The notes beneath the pieces are model-generated. The model was not told the DNA's origin. It saw only the letters and a program-made list of their open reading frames with translations, and searched no databases. From Macrostomum lignano (lineage: Eukaryota), in NCBI GenBank assembly GCA_002269645.1, contig NIVC01003604.1, positions 24,472 through 88,471 of the forward strand: 64,000 nucleotides of DNA, read 5' to 3'. Positions 25,564 to 37,440 of this stretch are shown in pieces. Position numbers and translations under genes: made by a program. The first letter of the stretch is position 1; each line of letters starts with the position of its first letter.

Positions 25564-26493
25564 CACTCAGCAAGTCAAAAGTTGCACCCGCTAAGCGAGA
25601 TAAAAATTTTCTTTCTTATTGCGACAACTTCTCACTCACAATTCAACCCTGAAATTACGCAACTAAGCCGCCGCGAGGAAGGGAATTAAATAAAAAATAA
25701 ACGTCATTCGCAGGGGGGCCGTAGCCCAGCGGTAGCGCAGCTGCTCTGGTGTGCCGCGACCCAGGCTCGATTCCAAGTGCAGTCACATTAATTTGGGGCT
25801 GAATTGGAATCCCGGCTTGGCTTGGCTCTGCTCGTGCAATTAACGGCCTTGAGAGCCAACCCCCCAAGGCGCAGTGAAGTGTACATGCCTAACGATAATA
25901 TAAAGTTAGGGCCGCTGTACACTCCTGTGTGAGTGTGTGCCTGCGTAACGTATCCGCGCGCTTGTATGCCTGCTCAGTGGAGTCGGCGGAATGGGCAGCA
26001 ATGCCTCTCGCCGGTTGTGTGCCTATGTCGCTTAAAGTGCGCCAGGGTGCACACAACCCCCATGCCACTAATAAAAAAAACTTCATTCGCACAAAATCAT
26101 AACAATTTCTTTTTTCACGCAATATGCAGTTGGGATCGCAAAGCTAAATAACGCGTGAGATCTCCTCGCACGCAGAAGTGCGGCGACTCTGCGGGGCATC
26201 CGAAGGATGAGGCGGTGCAGAAGGTCTTGGTGAAGCTGCTGCCAAGCCTTTTCAATGGCATGACGCAGCTCCGCAAAATTCTGTGGTGGATTTTCTTTTC
26301 AAATGCTGCGTTTTAGGAAATCCCAGACATGCTCGATCTGGGGGACCGGGAGGGCCAGCGCAGGCAGTGCGTTGTGATCCTGAACAGTCCCCCAAGTAGC
26401 AATAAGCTTCGCGCGTGCCGTAACCTGTGTCACTCGCAAAGTGAGAAAAATTCATCTCGCTTGGATGATGGAACTTTTGACTGTTGCTGAGTG
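25564..26493. mobile_element. Tc1/mariner-type non-autonomous element containing a nested SINE
   Basis: Imperfect TIRs starting CACTCAGCAA..GTCAAAAGTT, flanked by TA on both sides. The flanks rejoin into the shared array-unit sequence seen at ~47215-47250. Confidence 0.7.
25713..26055 (+). mobile_element. tRNA-derived SINE, family A
   Basis: Head GGCCGTAGCCCAGCGGTAG (A box) and GGCTCGATTCC (B-box-like). The body matches 11497-11818 in reverse and 26755-26905. Confidence 0.75.
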
Positions 26494-26754
26494 TATATTA
26501 TTATGATAGATTTTGTTACACTAACTCAAAGTAACTCACAATTTTAAGAAAGGCAAACTCATTGACTTCAAATTTAAATTCGAAAATTAGTTTGCTAAAA
26601 ATTGATCAACAGCCCTGCCGATATGAGTGAAAGTTTCTAGAAGACTTGAACGGAAAAAAATATCGCATAACTGCATACCCTCTAAGCAATCTAAACACAG
26701 ACCTACGTAGGCAATCAAAAACTTTTATGAAGTTACGAGCTAAGTTACGAGCTA

Positions 26755-26905
26755 ACCCCCAAGGCACAGTGAAGTGTGCATGCTTAGCGATAAATAAAAT
26801 TAGGGTCGCTGTGTGTGAGTCTGCTCAGAAGAGTCGGCTGAATGCTCAACAATGTCTCTCGCCGGTTGTGTGACAGTACCGATTAAGGTGCGCCAGGGTG
26901 CACAC
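26755..26905 (+). mobile_element. 3' fragment of SINE family A
   Basis: CCCCCAAGGCACAGTGAAG...CTCGCCGGTTGTGTG...GTGCGCCAGGGTGCACAC is shared with 25860-26055. Confidence 0.7.
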
Positions 26906-27131
26906 AGTCACTGCTTTTAAAACTCTCCGAATGAAAAATTTAGCCCTAGAAATAACCTAAAACAACTGTACTGACTAACTCATATTACTAACATCTAACA
27001 GCCTATAACTAAGACAGAGCTAATTAATGAAAATTTTCAAGGAACGAAATTAAATGTAGATAAAAAACAACTGAATAACGCATCAAAGAAGCTTAAAATA
27101 GTAAACAGATCAGAATGAATGAACTAAAAAG

Positions 27132-28652
27132 TTACACAGTCAACTTATACAATCCAATTAATTTTGAATCTTGACACACCGCCAGCAGCTTTGGGCTTTC
27201 TTCAATGATCGCCAAGCCAAATGGGCTATCAACTTTACTCATACCACTGCCAGCCTCACCCTCGACTCCGACAGTCTGCAGCACAGTGCCGTCACTCTGT
27301 ATCACACGAACTACATGCCCTGAATTCTCACTGACACACAGCAGACCTGACCAATGAGTCGCGACACCAACAGGTCCACGAAGCTTGTCAAGACGACTTT
27401 GCTTAGTCGGGTAGGTCGAGATCAGCTGATCGCTGGCGAGACACACTTTGTAGAGCTTGCCACCTTCATAGTCAGCCAGTAGCAGCGCGTTGTCAATTAC
27501 AGACATGCCCTCCATGAATTTACCAGGGTTACCGACACCGACCAATGTGATTTTGGTCTGAAGCTGACCGCTGTCTTTATCGATGCACAGCACTGACCAT
27601 TCCGGGCTGCCTTTGCTCAAAGCAAATATCTTGTCAGAGCTGCAGGCCAAGGCAAATAATTTGACTGGATGACCCAGGCTGCTCGAGTTGAAAGCCTGCG
27701 TCACGCGGCCGCTGAGGTCCGTCACCTTCAAAGTACCATAGTCAGCGACATAAAGAGTCTGTCGCTTGCTGTCACAGCAGAGTCCAGCGACAGGTTTTGA
27801 GACATCAATGTCGAGCTGTAGTTGCGCTTTCACTAAGCCATCAACTGAGCAGGCAAGAAGGTAGTTTATCTTATTTTTAGGATGAAAACTAACGAAGAGA
27901 CACGGCTGTGGCAGCTCTCTGTCAGAGACCTCCTTGACCACCTTGCTCTGAGAATCCACGTAGAAGTCTTGCGTGTTGCTGCATGATGACACATAATATG
28001 GAGAACCCGGTAGATCTTTGATTTCAGACTGAAATTCAAAAATTGGTTTTTCTGCACTAAGAGACTCTGCTGACCCGCACAGCTGCATCACATCAATCAG
28101 GTGTCTGTCAATCAGCAGCTGCAAGTCCCTCACACAGCCGCTCACATCGCCCACAGTCCTTCCAATGCCTCTCTTAGAGTTTTCGGTAATGATCGGGCCA
28201 AACATCGTCTGCAACTCTTCACTCCTAATATCGAATGCGCTAGAAATTTCAAACATCTTATTGAAGTCATTGTGCTTTTCTGCTTCCGTCACTTCTCGCT
28301 CATACTCCTGCAGAGCGGACAACTGCTGCAGATTCTGCAACACGCTGTCGTGTCTCTCAGTCAGTCGCTTTGTCACAGCTGCCTTCCACTTAATCAGCGA
28401 GTCCACAGCCGACTCAAACAGCTCCTCAGTCTCTTGCAGCTCAACTGACAGAGCTTGCTGCTGCATCCGAAATTCTTTCTGCAATTTTAGAAATGGCTTC
28501 AGCTTTCCCTGCATATTTTTGTACAGAACTCGCACAATTTCTCTGTCCTGCTCAATGTGTTTCTCACACAATGGCTGTGGGATTCGAAAACCAGTGCCAC
28601 ATACGGGATCGGTGCAGCCTTTAATAAAGCAAGAAGTGCTCCGCTCCGACAT
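27132..28652 (-). CDS. Cys/His finger - coiled coil - NHL-type beta-propeller protein (RING-less TRIM-NHL-like), copy 1, intact, 506 aa
   Basis: Uninterrupted ORF. N-terminal C-x4-C-x15-C-x2-H, heptad-rich region ([24 protein letters not shown]), C-terminal NHL-like repeats ([37 protein letters not shown]; SPFGLAII). Confidence 0.85.
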   Translation of the reverse strand: MSERSTSCFIKGCTDPVCGTGFRIPQPLCEKHIEQDREIVRVLYKNMQGKLKPFLKLQKEFRMQQQALSVELQETEELFESAVDSLIKWKAAVTKRLTERHDSVLQNLQQLSALQEYEREVTEAEKHNDFNKMFEISSAFDIRSEELQTMFGPIITENSKRGIGRTVGDVSGCVRDLQLLIDRHLIDVMQLCGSAESLSAEKPIFEFQSEIKDLPGSPYYVSSCSNTQDFYVDSQSKVVKEVSDRELPQPCLFVSFHPKNKINYLLACSVDGLVKAQLQLDIDVSKPVAGLCCDSKRQTLYVADYGTLKVTDLSGRVTQAFNSSSLGHPVKLFALACSSDKIFALSKGSPEWSVLCIDKDSGQLQTKITLVGVGNPGKFMEGMSVIDNALLLADYEGGKLYKVCLASDQLISTYPTKQSRLDKLRGPVGVATHWSGLLCVSENSGHVVRVIQSDGTVLQTVGVEGEAGSGMSKVDSPFGLAIIEESPKLLAVCQDSKLIGLYKLTV

Positions 28653-28741
28653 TGAGTTGCAACTGAAATATGATATTATAGTAAGTTTTATACAGAAATT
28701 GTAAAGCCATTTTTTGACAGAAAGCTATAACTGGTGTGAAT

Positions 28742-31700
28742 CACAGATACTATAAACACTAGATAGGCCACTCCAGCTAATTTTCACAACACGACAGTTT
28801 ACTTTACTTTCTGCTTAGTAGTAGTAAAAACATTTTAGCGTTATTTATATTTTTTAAAAATAAAAAAACAGATGAATGCAATGCAGCAATTATATTGATT
28901 TTATTTGCAAAAAGAAACTTATAATTATACTTTCCACAATTCAAAGCAACATTGTGAATGCTTTAGATTGCATTGAAGGCTATATTATTGCAGTCAACTA
29001 TTGTATATTTAGCAAATACGAGCTATATCATATACTCCATAATCCATATTCGTGTAGCAAAATAGAAAGATTTCTCATCTTAATCAGCTCATCTGTTTGT
29101 GAAACTCGCAGCGTGCTGTCGAAGAACAGGGGGTCGCCAGTCACTCTTGTTCAGAGGCAGCATTCAGCACGGCCCAACAGATAAAAAAAACTGGCGAATG
29201 CGCCTCTTCTAAGTCCAGGGATGTATCCGATGGAGAGCCAATCCTCAGTGGTTTCGTAACAGGCAGCTGATAAGCAGCAGGACTTTTGTGGTGCAGCTGC
29301 AATGAGCTGCTGATGAGATGACATCCTTTGACCAGAGCACCCCTGACTGCGAGCGCCCTGCCGCCCAGTCGACCGCTGGAAGCTGCGCTATAGCCACGCC
29401 TCAAAAGTCCATGGATGCACGACTGCGCTGTACTTGCCTTGACCATCGAGAGTTGCTGCTGCAGCCGCTTGATTTGCCTGTCGCTTTCGGGATTGCTGCT
29501 GCAGCCGCTTGATTCGCCTGTCACTTTCGGGATCGTTGCTGCAGCCGCTTGATCGTTGCCTCTAGCGCTTGGAACCCGCAAATCGGCTGCAGAGGTGAGA
29601 GCTTTCAGCCGCAACAGCTGTTCTCGGCGCAGAATCTGGTAGCCGAAGGTTGCTCTGCCACAGCACTGGCAGCAGGCAAGTCGCAGGCTCGGCTGCAGAT
29701 AGATTGCTAATAGGCCCCAGCACTGGAGGGTACATGTCGTCTGCCTCTTCATCGTTTATCAGTCCTTTGCACAGAGCTGGTAGCTGGTCTATTTGAACGA
29801 GCCGAGGCAGCATCAACTCTTGGTGTGGGATTGCGTCCCAGCGAAAACAGATGTCTTGCACATCCGTGGCACTTTGTAAGGCAGCAGTAGGCCTCGTCCA
29901 TAAAGTGCAAGCTGAACACACGTAGGCCCCGTGATTTAATTGTTTATAAAGGTCAATATCCACGCTCCTGCAGTAGCTGCTGCCAGCGCTTCGCCAGTGT
30001 CATCTTTTGGTAATTTATGCATTCGCAACGGATTGTTCTTTCTCGGATGTTAATAGCACTAGTACAGAGCTCGTGCAAGTGGGAGCACAGCAGTGGTTCG
30101 AATCAAAACATTTCTCGAGTACGAGATTAGATAGAAAAGCTAGTATGCACTCGAACTTTCTTTAACTCTGAATCTTGTCCTGTTCATCTATATATAAGCT
30201 TGTATTTAAGCTAGGGGGCGACCCAGTCCCGGGCCCGGGCCCGAAAAGTCGGGAATCCCGACCAAAATCGTGGCCCGACCCGGGCCCGGGCCCGACCCTA
30301 AAAAAGTCGGGAAATCGGGACAAGTCTTTTTTCCCTAAAGGCACTAACCGCGTGCGAATAAGAATAAAATTATTTTTATTCACAGCACAGCACAACACTC
30401 AGTTAAGCATCGCATCAGCACTCAAGACTCAAGCACTGCACGACTGCAGTAATAGTAATAGATGATATGATGTGAAGTAGCAATATCATTGATTTGTAGT
30501 ATGCTCTTAGCGTGAGCGTCTGTGACTGTGACCGTGAGCGTCAGCCACAGCCAGTTTCCACTTTCCAGGAAGATCGGATTTTTTCCAGGAAGATAAAATT
30601 AAAACATAGTTTTGCAATACTTTTTTGCAATATTGATTCCACTTTACACGCTGCAGGCTGCAGCCTAAAAGCAAAAATATGATTCTTAAAAAAGTTGATT
30701 TGTCAATTTTAAGCTTTTGTAAATAACATTTCCTATTTACATTCCAAGAAGTACCTATTAAGGGCCAAGGCTACCATTTTTCCAAGAAGTTTGCTATCTG
30801 TCAGAGTTTGTAATCGTGTTCATATTTGTATTGTATTCGTAGGTAGTTGTAGTCGTAGACTCATAGTATCATATTCGTAATCATATTCGTTTAGGTAGGT
30901 AGGTGAGCAGGTAGGCAGGTATCAGCTAATTACTTGTATTTCCATTGTCTGTTTGCCTGTTCTGTTGAGACAGTTGAGTGTTGTGTTGTGTTGTCACTTC
31001 ACTTGTGTTCTGTTCTGTTGTCTTGTCTTGTTGTCTTATTGAATACTGACTGTGTACATGGCTCTTTACATTGAAGCTATGTAAAGGAACTAAAAATTCA
31101 AATAAAAGAATCAATCAATTGATTTGGTTCTTACTTCCTTATTGCTTCCAATGCCAAGTGCCTTACACTTAATGCTTCAGCTTTTCTTCTTTTTGATTAC
31201 TGCCACTGCCAGTGCCAGCCGCACTACCGCAGTGCCTGCTTGCCTACCTCACTGCCTATTAGTGTCACTGTCACTGGCACACACACAGTACTTGTGCCAC
31301 ACAGTGACATTGAATTTGAACTATTGGGTATATTGATATTTGAGTATTAAGTCTTTTAATGTAACTCTTATCTATTCTGAAGTCTTAACTAATGTATTAA
31401 ATAAAAATAATATTTATTATATTATATATTTAATATATATTTAATTTAATATATTATATTTATTATATTTATATTATTATATATTCAATATATTTATATA
31501 TTATAATATATTTAATGTTTATCATATATTTATTATACATTTAATATATTATATTAGATTTAATATATCTATATATTTATTATATATTTAATAGTAATCT
31601 GCATATGCTAAAAGTATTAAGATTTATTATGATTTTTTTTCCAATTATTGAGCTGTCCTAAAGATCTTGTCCCGAATTCCCGAGGCCCGACCCGGGCCCG

Positions 31701-32187
31701 AGTCCTCATTCCCGGGCCCGACCCGGGCCCGACTTTGGCTGTCCCGGTCGCCCCCTAATTTAAGCACGATTCGCCACCCCCAAATTTTCTAAACCACAAC
31801 CTCTCAACCCCCACCCCTAACGCAGGCTGGCTATGTCCAGTCCTTTATTTTCTATCCCACCACCAGTGGGCCTAAATTATCGATCCACTCACCCTGCCTT
31901 ATACGAAACTGATATTAACCCTATTCCAGACTACCCCCCTTCCTCCACTTTGAAAGATAGCGGCATTGTACACTGTCTGTCGCGTCTTAATGTACACCAT
32001 TACTGCACAAAACAAGTTAGTTGTTTATGGCGTTAGCAAAACGATGTCTCAAAAACAGTCACTTGATTTGTCTAATTTAGCAAATAATACTGTTGCTTCC
32101 TTTCATTGCTACTAAGCAGAAAGTAGAATAAAAAACTTGCCCAGAAAATTAGCCTGAGTGGCCTATCTAGTGTTTATAGTATCTGTG
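28742..32187 (-). mobile_element. Degenerate THAP-bearing (P-element-like) DNA transposon
   Basis: 32-bp perfect TIR CACAGATACTATAAACACTAGATAGGCCACTC with further imperfect similarity inward; 8-bp TSD GTGTGAAT at 28734-28741 and 32188-32195. Frameshifted THAP motifs at ~30110-29830 (CCAPTC, HKLP, KRWQQLL, YVCS.HF, WDAIP). A paralogous empty site is at ~39850-39890. Confidence 0.75.
30212..31757. mobile_element. Non-autonomous hAT-type element nested in the P-like element
   Basis: 12-bp TIR TAGGGGGCGACC; 8-bp TSD ATTTAAGC at 30204-30211 and 31758-31765; subterminal CCCGGGCCCG palindromes at both ends; no coding capacity; AT-rich interior. Confidence 0.85.
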
Positions 32188-33782
32188 GTGTGAATAGTAC
32201 CTTTGAAATCTGCAAACTCTGATTTCATCTTTTCAACAGAGCCACAGAGAGTGACTTAAAGAGAGGGCAATTCACAACTTAAAGTTAGCATCCCATTTTA
32301 TTGCGCATTGCAGATACAGCTGAGACCAGAAAATCTCACGAGTCACACCCTCCTTCATGTTGGAAGGGCAGTTAAGACGAAGTCTATTATTCTCAATTCG
32401 CAATTAAGATGTCCAGTTGTTCAACAGAAATGACAAATGCACATAGCCGTAGCAACGGGCAGGACTGTTCTATCAAACTTAAGTTGGTCCCCAGGAAGAA
32501 ATTTCGGTTAAGGGAACGAGGACTTTCTAGCAACAGGCACTTAAACAGCCGACTGGGACAATTCAAGCTTGTTGTAAAAGTTCCGGACATTCTTAAAAAG
32601 GCCTAACCTTCATCTATATTGTGAACTATTTGACGCTCATCTAGTTACCTTTGAACCACCTAATGGATTCCAAACACAGAAACTGAAAATAACAACAGCT
32701 TGAGACATTGCAGAACTTTATTGACAAATCAGTCAATTGTTTGTATATTTCTTGTCAAGACTTTGTAGCTAAAGAAGTGGACAAATTTAGAGAGAACAGA
32801 TTTAGCAAAGATACATAAACGGCCATCTATAGCGCAGTTATGGAAACATGTAAGGATCAGAAAAAAAAGAAAAGTCGGAAAGTTGGCAATTACTAAAAAT
32901 GTTTGTATCCATTACTCATATCTCTACATATAAAAAGCAAATCTTTGTATAAAGTTAAATTTCTAAAATTTCATAAATTTCTCTGCATAAAAACCAGACG
33001 TGCTGTATCGATTATTCTGATAGATTTTGTTATAAGTTTATAACAACTCAAAATATTTCAAAACTTCGAGACGGCCAAACTCATAGCTTGCGAATTTCAA
33101 TCCAAAAATTAATTCGCTCAAAATGGATTCAGAGTCTCGCTGTTGTTACAAGTAAAAAATCTTATATAATTGAACGGAAGAATACTCGTATATTGAGGCG
33201 GAAGGCCTTTTAGTTTCAATAGATGGAATGGCAGCGAAGATTTTGCACTGCATTGCGCGTATATTTATACAAGTGAAAACAGCGCGAGATTATTGAGTGG
33301 CCAAGGGAGGTGCGCATATGTGGCGTGGCGTGATTGGCTACGCCAACCTCCCTTGGCTTAGCGAGCCGGCTAGCGCGGTGCGCCACCACCCCACCTCAGC
33401 TAGACAGAGGTTGGCGGGGGGGTTTCCAGTGCGGCTGCACTGGTGCTGCCGGTCGCGTAGTCTGGCCGCCACAATATTCAGAAAATAATATTCTTAAAAT
33501 TGCCCGTGTAAGCATTCCATAGCACCAGATTCCTAGTAGATTCATAGATTTACTCTAGGAGAAAAAATATCTTAAAAACAGCTCTACTAATAATGCACAT
33601 ATTTGCACCCACGATAATTTTAAAAACAACTGTACCGACTACTCATAACCCTATACTACTGTTACTAGTAACTAACAGTACACAACAACTTTAACAGAAC
33701 ACTAATACTAATGACATGTAAAAAACCACATTGAGGGTGGATGAAACAACAATTAACACCCACACCAAATAAGATTCGCAAA

Positions 33783-34222
33783 CTACGAACAGATGCGAAT
33801 AAACTTTAAAATTACAGTCAACTTATAAAGGCCAATCGATTGTGAATCTTGACACACCGCCAGCAGCTTAGGGCTACCTTCAATGATCGCCAAACCGAAT
33901 AAGTCAGCAATTTCATCACCGTCACTGCCAGTCTGACACTCGACTTCGACAGACTGCAGCACAGTGCCGTCACTCCGCATCAAACGAAGCACCTGCCCAT
34001 CACACTCGCTGACAAACAGCAGACCCGAGCGATGAGCCGCGACACCAACAAGTCCACGAAGCTTGTCAAGACGAATTCGCTTGGTCAGGTAGGTCGAAAT
34101 CAGCTAACTGCTGGCCAGACAAACTTTGTAGAGGTTGCCACCGGCATAGTCGGTGAACAGCAATGCGTTTTCAATTACAGACATGCCATCTGTAAATTTA
34201 CCAGAGATACGGACACCAACCA
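33783..34222 (-). pseudogene. 3' fragment of the NHL-like family (copy 2)
   Basis: Homology starts abruptly at [17 protein letters not shown]. In-frame TAG after VCLASS, and the normal stop is lost. Confidence 0.85.
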
Positions 34223-34497
34223 AGGTATTTTAAAGATTAGGATATTTAAGAGAGATGTATTATAAAAATGTCACAATTAATGAAACACTTTGAAAACATG
34301 GTGACCCTCTAATACAACTGTATACTGTACTCACAACTCATAATATGAGGAATAAACAGCACAAAATAACTCTAACAGAATGCGAATACAATGAAGCGTC
34401 AATTAACGACATTAACGGTACATACGCTCATAAAACAACAATTAACAGAAACGTCGAAAATAGTTTACGGCCCACGTAGGGATAAAAAAACAAAAAA

Positions 34498-36024
34498 TTA
34501 CATAGTAAGCTTATAAAGGCCAATTGAACTTAAATTTTGACACACCGCCAGAAGCTTGGGGCTTTCTTCAACGATTGCCAAGCCCAATGGGTCATCAATG
34601 TCATCACCGTCACTACTGTCAGCCTCACCCAATACTTTTACCGTCTGCAGCACAGTGCCGTCACTCTGCATCAAACGAACCACATGCCCTGAACGCTCGC
34701 CGACAAACAGCAGACCCGACCGATGAGCCGCGACACCAACAGGTCCACGAAACTTTCCCAGAGAACTTCGCTTGGAAGGGTAGGTTGAGATCAGCTGACC
34801 ACTGGTAAGACACACTTTGTAAAGCTTGTTAGCCGCAAAGTCAGTAAGCAGCAGGGCATTGTCAACTACAGACATCATGCCCTGAGTAAATTTATCAGAG
34901 ATACTGGCTGTAACCAAAGTAATGTTGGTCTGCAGCTGACCGCTGTCTTTATCGATGCACAGCACTGACCATTCTGGTTTGCCTTTGCTCAAAGCAAATA
35001 TCTTGTCAGAGCTGCTGGTCACGGCAATAAAGTTAACTGGCCGTCCCAGGTTGCTCGAGTTGAAGACCTGCGTCACGCAGCCGCTGAGGTCCGTCACTTT
35101 CACTGTATCAAACTGAGCAACATAAAGAGTCTGTCGCTTGCTGTCACAGCAGAGTCCAGCGATATTATTTGCGATATCAATGTTTAGCTGAACTTTTGCC
35201 TTTACTTTGCCGTCGACTGAGCAGGCAAAAAGGTAGTTCATCTTATTATTAGGACGAAAACTAACGAAGAGACACGGCTGTGGCAGCTCTCTGTCAGTGG
35301 GCTCCTTGACCACCTTGCTCTGAGAATCCACGTAAAAGCCTTGCGTGTTGCTGCATGATGACACATAATATGGAGTTCCTGGCAGATTTTGTATTTTAGA
35401 CTGAAACTCACAGATTGGCTTTTCTGCAGTAAGAGGCTTTTCTGACTCGCACAGCTGCATCACATCACTCAGGTGTCTGTCAATCAGCAGCTGCAAGTCC
35501 CTCACACAGCCGCTCACATCGCCCACAGTTCTTCCAGTGCCTCGCTCAGAGTTTTCTTTACCAGTATGGCCGAATTTGACCAGAAACTCTTCACTCTCAA
35601 TATCAAATGCGACAGAAATCTCAAACATCTTATTGAATTCATTGTGCTTTTCTGCTTCCGTCACTTCTCGCTCATACTCCTGCAGGGCAGACAACTCCTG
35701 CAGATTCTGCAACACGCTGTCGTGTCTCTCAGTCAGTCGCTTTGTCACAGCTGCCTTCCACTTCATCAGCGAGTCCACAGCCGACTCAAACAGCTCCTCA
35801 GTCTCTTGCAGCTCAGCTGACAGAGCTTGCTGCTGCATCCGAAATTCTTTCTGCAATTGCGAAAAAGTTTTCAGTCTTAGCTGCATACAACTGTGCAACT
35901 GATAAGCCTTTTGTCTGTCTTGCTTGAGATGATTCACACACAGAGGCTTTGGGATTCGAGCACCGGTGCCAGACACAGGAGCGGTGCAGCTTTTGATAAA
36001 GCAAGAAGTACTCGGCTCCGACAT
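34498..36024 (-). CDS. Cys/His finger - coiled coil - NHL-type propeller protein, copy 3, intact, 508 aa
   Basis: Uninterrupted ORF colinear with copy 1. Confidence 0.85.
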   Translation of the reverse strand: MSEPSTSCFIKSCTAPVSGTGARIPKPLCVNHLKQDRQKAYQLHSCMQLRLKTFSQLQKEFRMQQQALSAELQETEELFESAVDSLMKWKAAVTKRLTERHDSVLQNLQELSALQEYEREVTEAEKHNEFNKMFEISVAFDIESEEFLVKFGHTGKENSERGTGRTVGDVSGCVRDLQLLIDRHLSDVMQLCESEKPLTAEKPICEFQSKIQNLPGTPYYVSSCSNTQGFYVDSQSKVVKEPTDRELPQPCLFVSFRPNNKMNYLFACSVDGKVKAKVQLNIDIANNIAGLCCDSKRQTLYVAQFDTVKVTDLSGCVTQVFNSSNLGRPVNFIAVTSSSDKIFALSKGKPEWSVLCIDKDSGQLQTNITLVTASISDKFTQGMMSVVDNALLLTDFAANKLYKVCLTSGQLISTYPSKRSSLGKFRGPVGVAAHRSGLLFVGERSGHVVRLMQSDGTVLQTVKVLGEADSSDGDDIDDPLGLAIVEESPKLLAVCQNLSSIGLYKLTM

Positions 36025-36502
36025 TGAGCTGTAACTGAAAATATGATATTATAGTAAATTTAATATAGGAATTAAAAAGCCATCTTTTTTAAAGCAAAGC
36101 TGACTTGTATGAAAAATACATCAGAATACATCAATCTGAACTCTGTTAAAGCTGACTTCAGCACTCTCATATGGCGGAGTCGTCAGGAAAGTTCATAAAC
36201 GGAGTAACTGGGTTTTGATAAAAATATCTCTATTTATGGCACAGTGTGTTGAAGACAAAGCCTAGCTTAGCTCTTCACTTTGCTATACTCTGTCTGCACC
36301 AAGGATGACTAAATAATACATTTCTGCTATCAGCCCATTTCTGATGACAAGACGTTTTAATGAGACACGTTTGAGGACTTTTAGACTTTGAATTGAAAGT
36401 ATGGGAATTTTACAATCGGGAAAGTTGGAGACCAAGCTTTGTCTTTAGACTAAAACAAATAAATTCAGATAAAAAGACTTTCGTTTTGTAGATTTCAATA
36501 TA

Positions 36503-37205
36503 CGAAGGGGTGTCCAGAAAGTTCTGACACTTTTAATTCCAGAGCAAAAATAGTAGCAGACTGCAAGCACAACTTTGGGTAACTTCTCGTCTTCTCTTCT
36601 CCAATGAATTAAAATGCGTGTAGTTTTGTCATTTCTTTAAAAAGTTGTGTGACAAATAATTGAAATACCACTGATACGCTAGTAGTCTTACAGAAAAGGT
36701 TAAAAATATAAAATTTATGTTTTATACTCAAAGAAACGAACTGTAGTCATTCATTTCCATCAATAACCTTCAAAGCAGCCTTCTCAACATAGTCTCCACC
36801 TGTAGCAACACACTTTTCCATCGCTTGAGCATTCCGTCAATCGCATCAGAATAGCATATTGTCTTGAAAGACCATAGGAGAGAATGTGCCGAACCTTTTC
36901 TTCCAAATGATCCATTGCTGGAGTAAACTTCTCTCCCCCTCTCCTCTCTCTCCTTTCCTCTCCTATCCTCTCCTCTCCCCTCCCATCCTCTCCTCTCTCT
37001 CCTCTCCTTACTCCTCCCGCAATCCTACTGGCATTGCGATGGTTTTTCACACATAACTTTTAAATAAAATTATCAAAACAAGCGCGACTGAATTCATTGG
37101 AGAGAAGAGATGTGCCGCTTTATATTGACACCCAAGTCGTGCTTGCAGTCTGTTACTGTTTATGCTCTGGGATTAAAAGTCTCACAACTTTCCGGATACC
37201 CCTCG
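36503..37205 (-). mobile_element. Mariner deletion derivative
   Basis: ~100-bp imperfect TIRs beginning (TA)CGA(A)GGGGT(G/A)TCC. The interior encodes EKCVATGGDYVEK, matching the mariner transposase C-terminus (RWEKC..NGDYVEK). The right TA has drifted to TG. Confidence 0.8.
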
Positions 37206-37289
37206 TGAAATATTTCAGGCGTCCAACTTTGCGAGTAAAAAATAGATATTCGTCAGGGAAAGTTTAACAAAAGATTTGATCAGAATTCG

Positions 37290-37440
37290 AGAAGCTTGGA
37301 GGATTTGGGAAGCTTGGGGGATTTGGGAAGCTTAGAGGGTTTGGAAGCTTGGAGGATTTGGGAAGCTTGGGGGATTTGGGAAGCTAGAGGGTTTGGAAGC
37401 TTGGAGGATTTAGGAAGCTTAGGGGGTTTGGGAAGCTAGA
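37290..37440. repeat. GGGAAGCTTGG(A/G)GGATTT tandem repeat
   Basis: Same family as the 23.7 kb and 24.6 kb arrays. Confidence 0.85.

Noticed and set aside
29562-29963. PHD-finger/LINE ORF1 reading of YVCSAC
   Set aside because: Frame-corrected motifs (CC..C, H.LP, W, VCS.HF, DAIP) plus enclosing TIRs and an 8-bp TSD fit a THAP DNA transposon better.
33190-33550. GC-rich insert in spacer A, possible MITE
   Set aside because: No convincing TIR/TSD pair or coding similarity found by eye.
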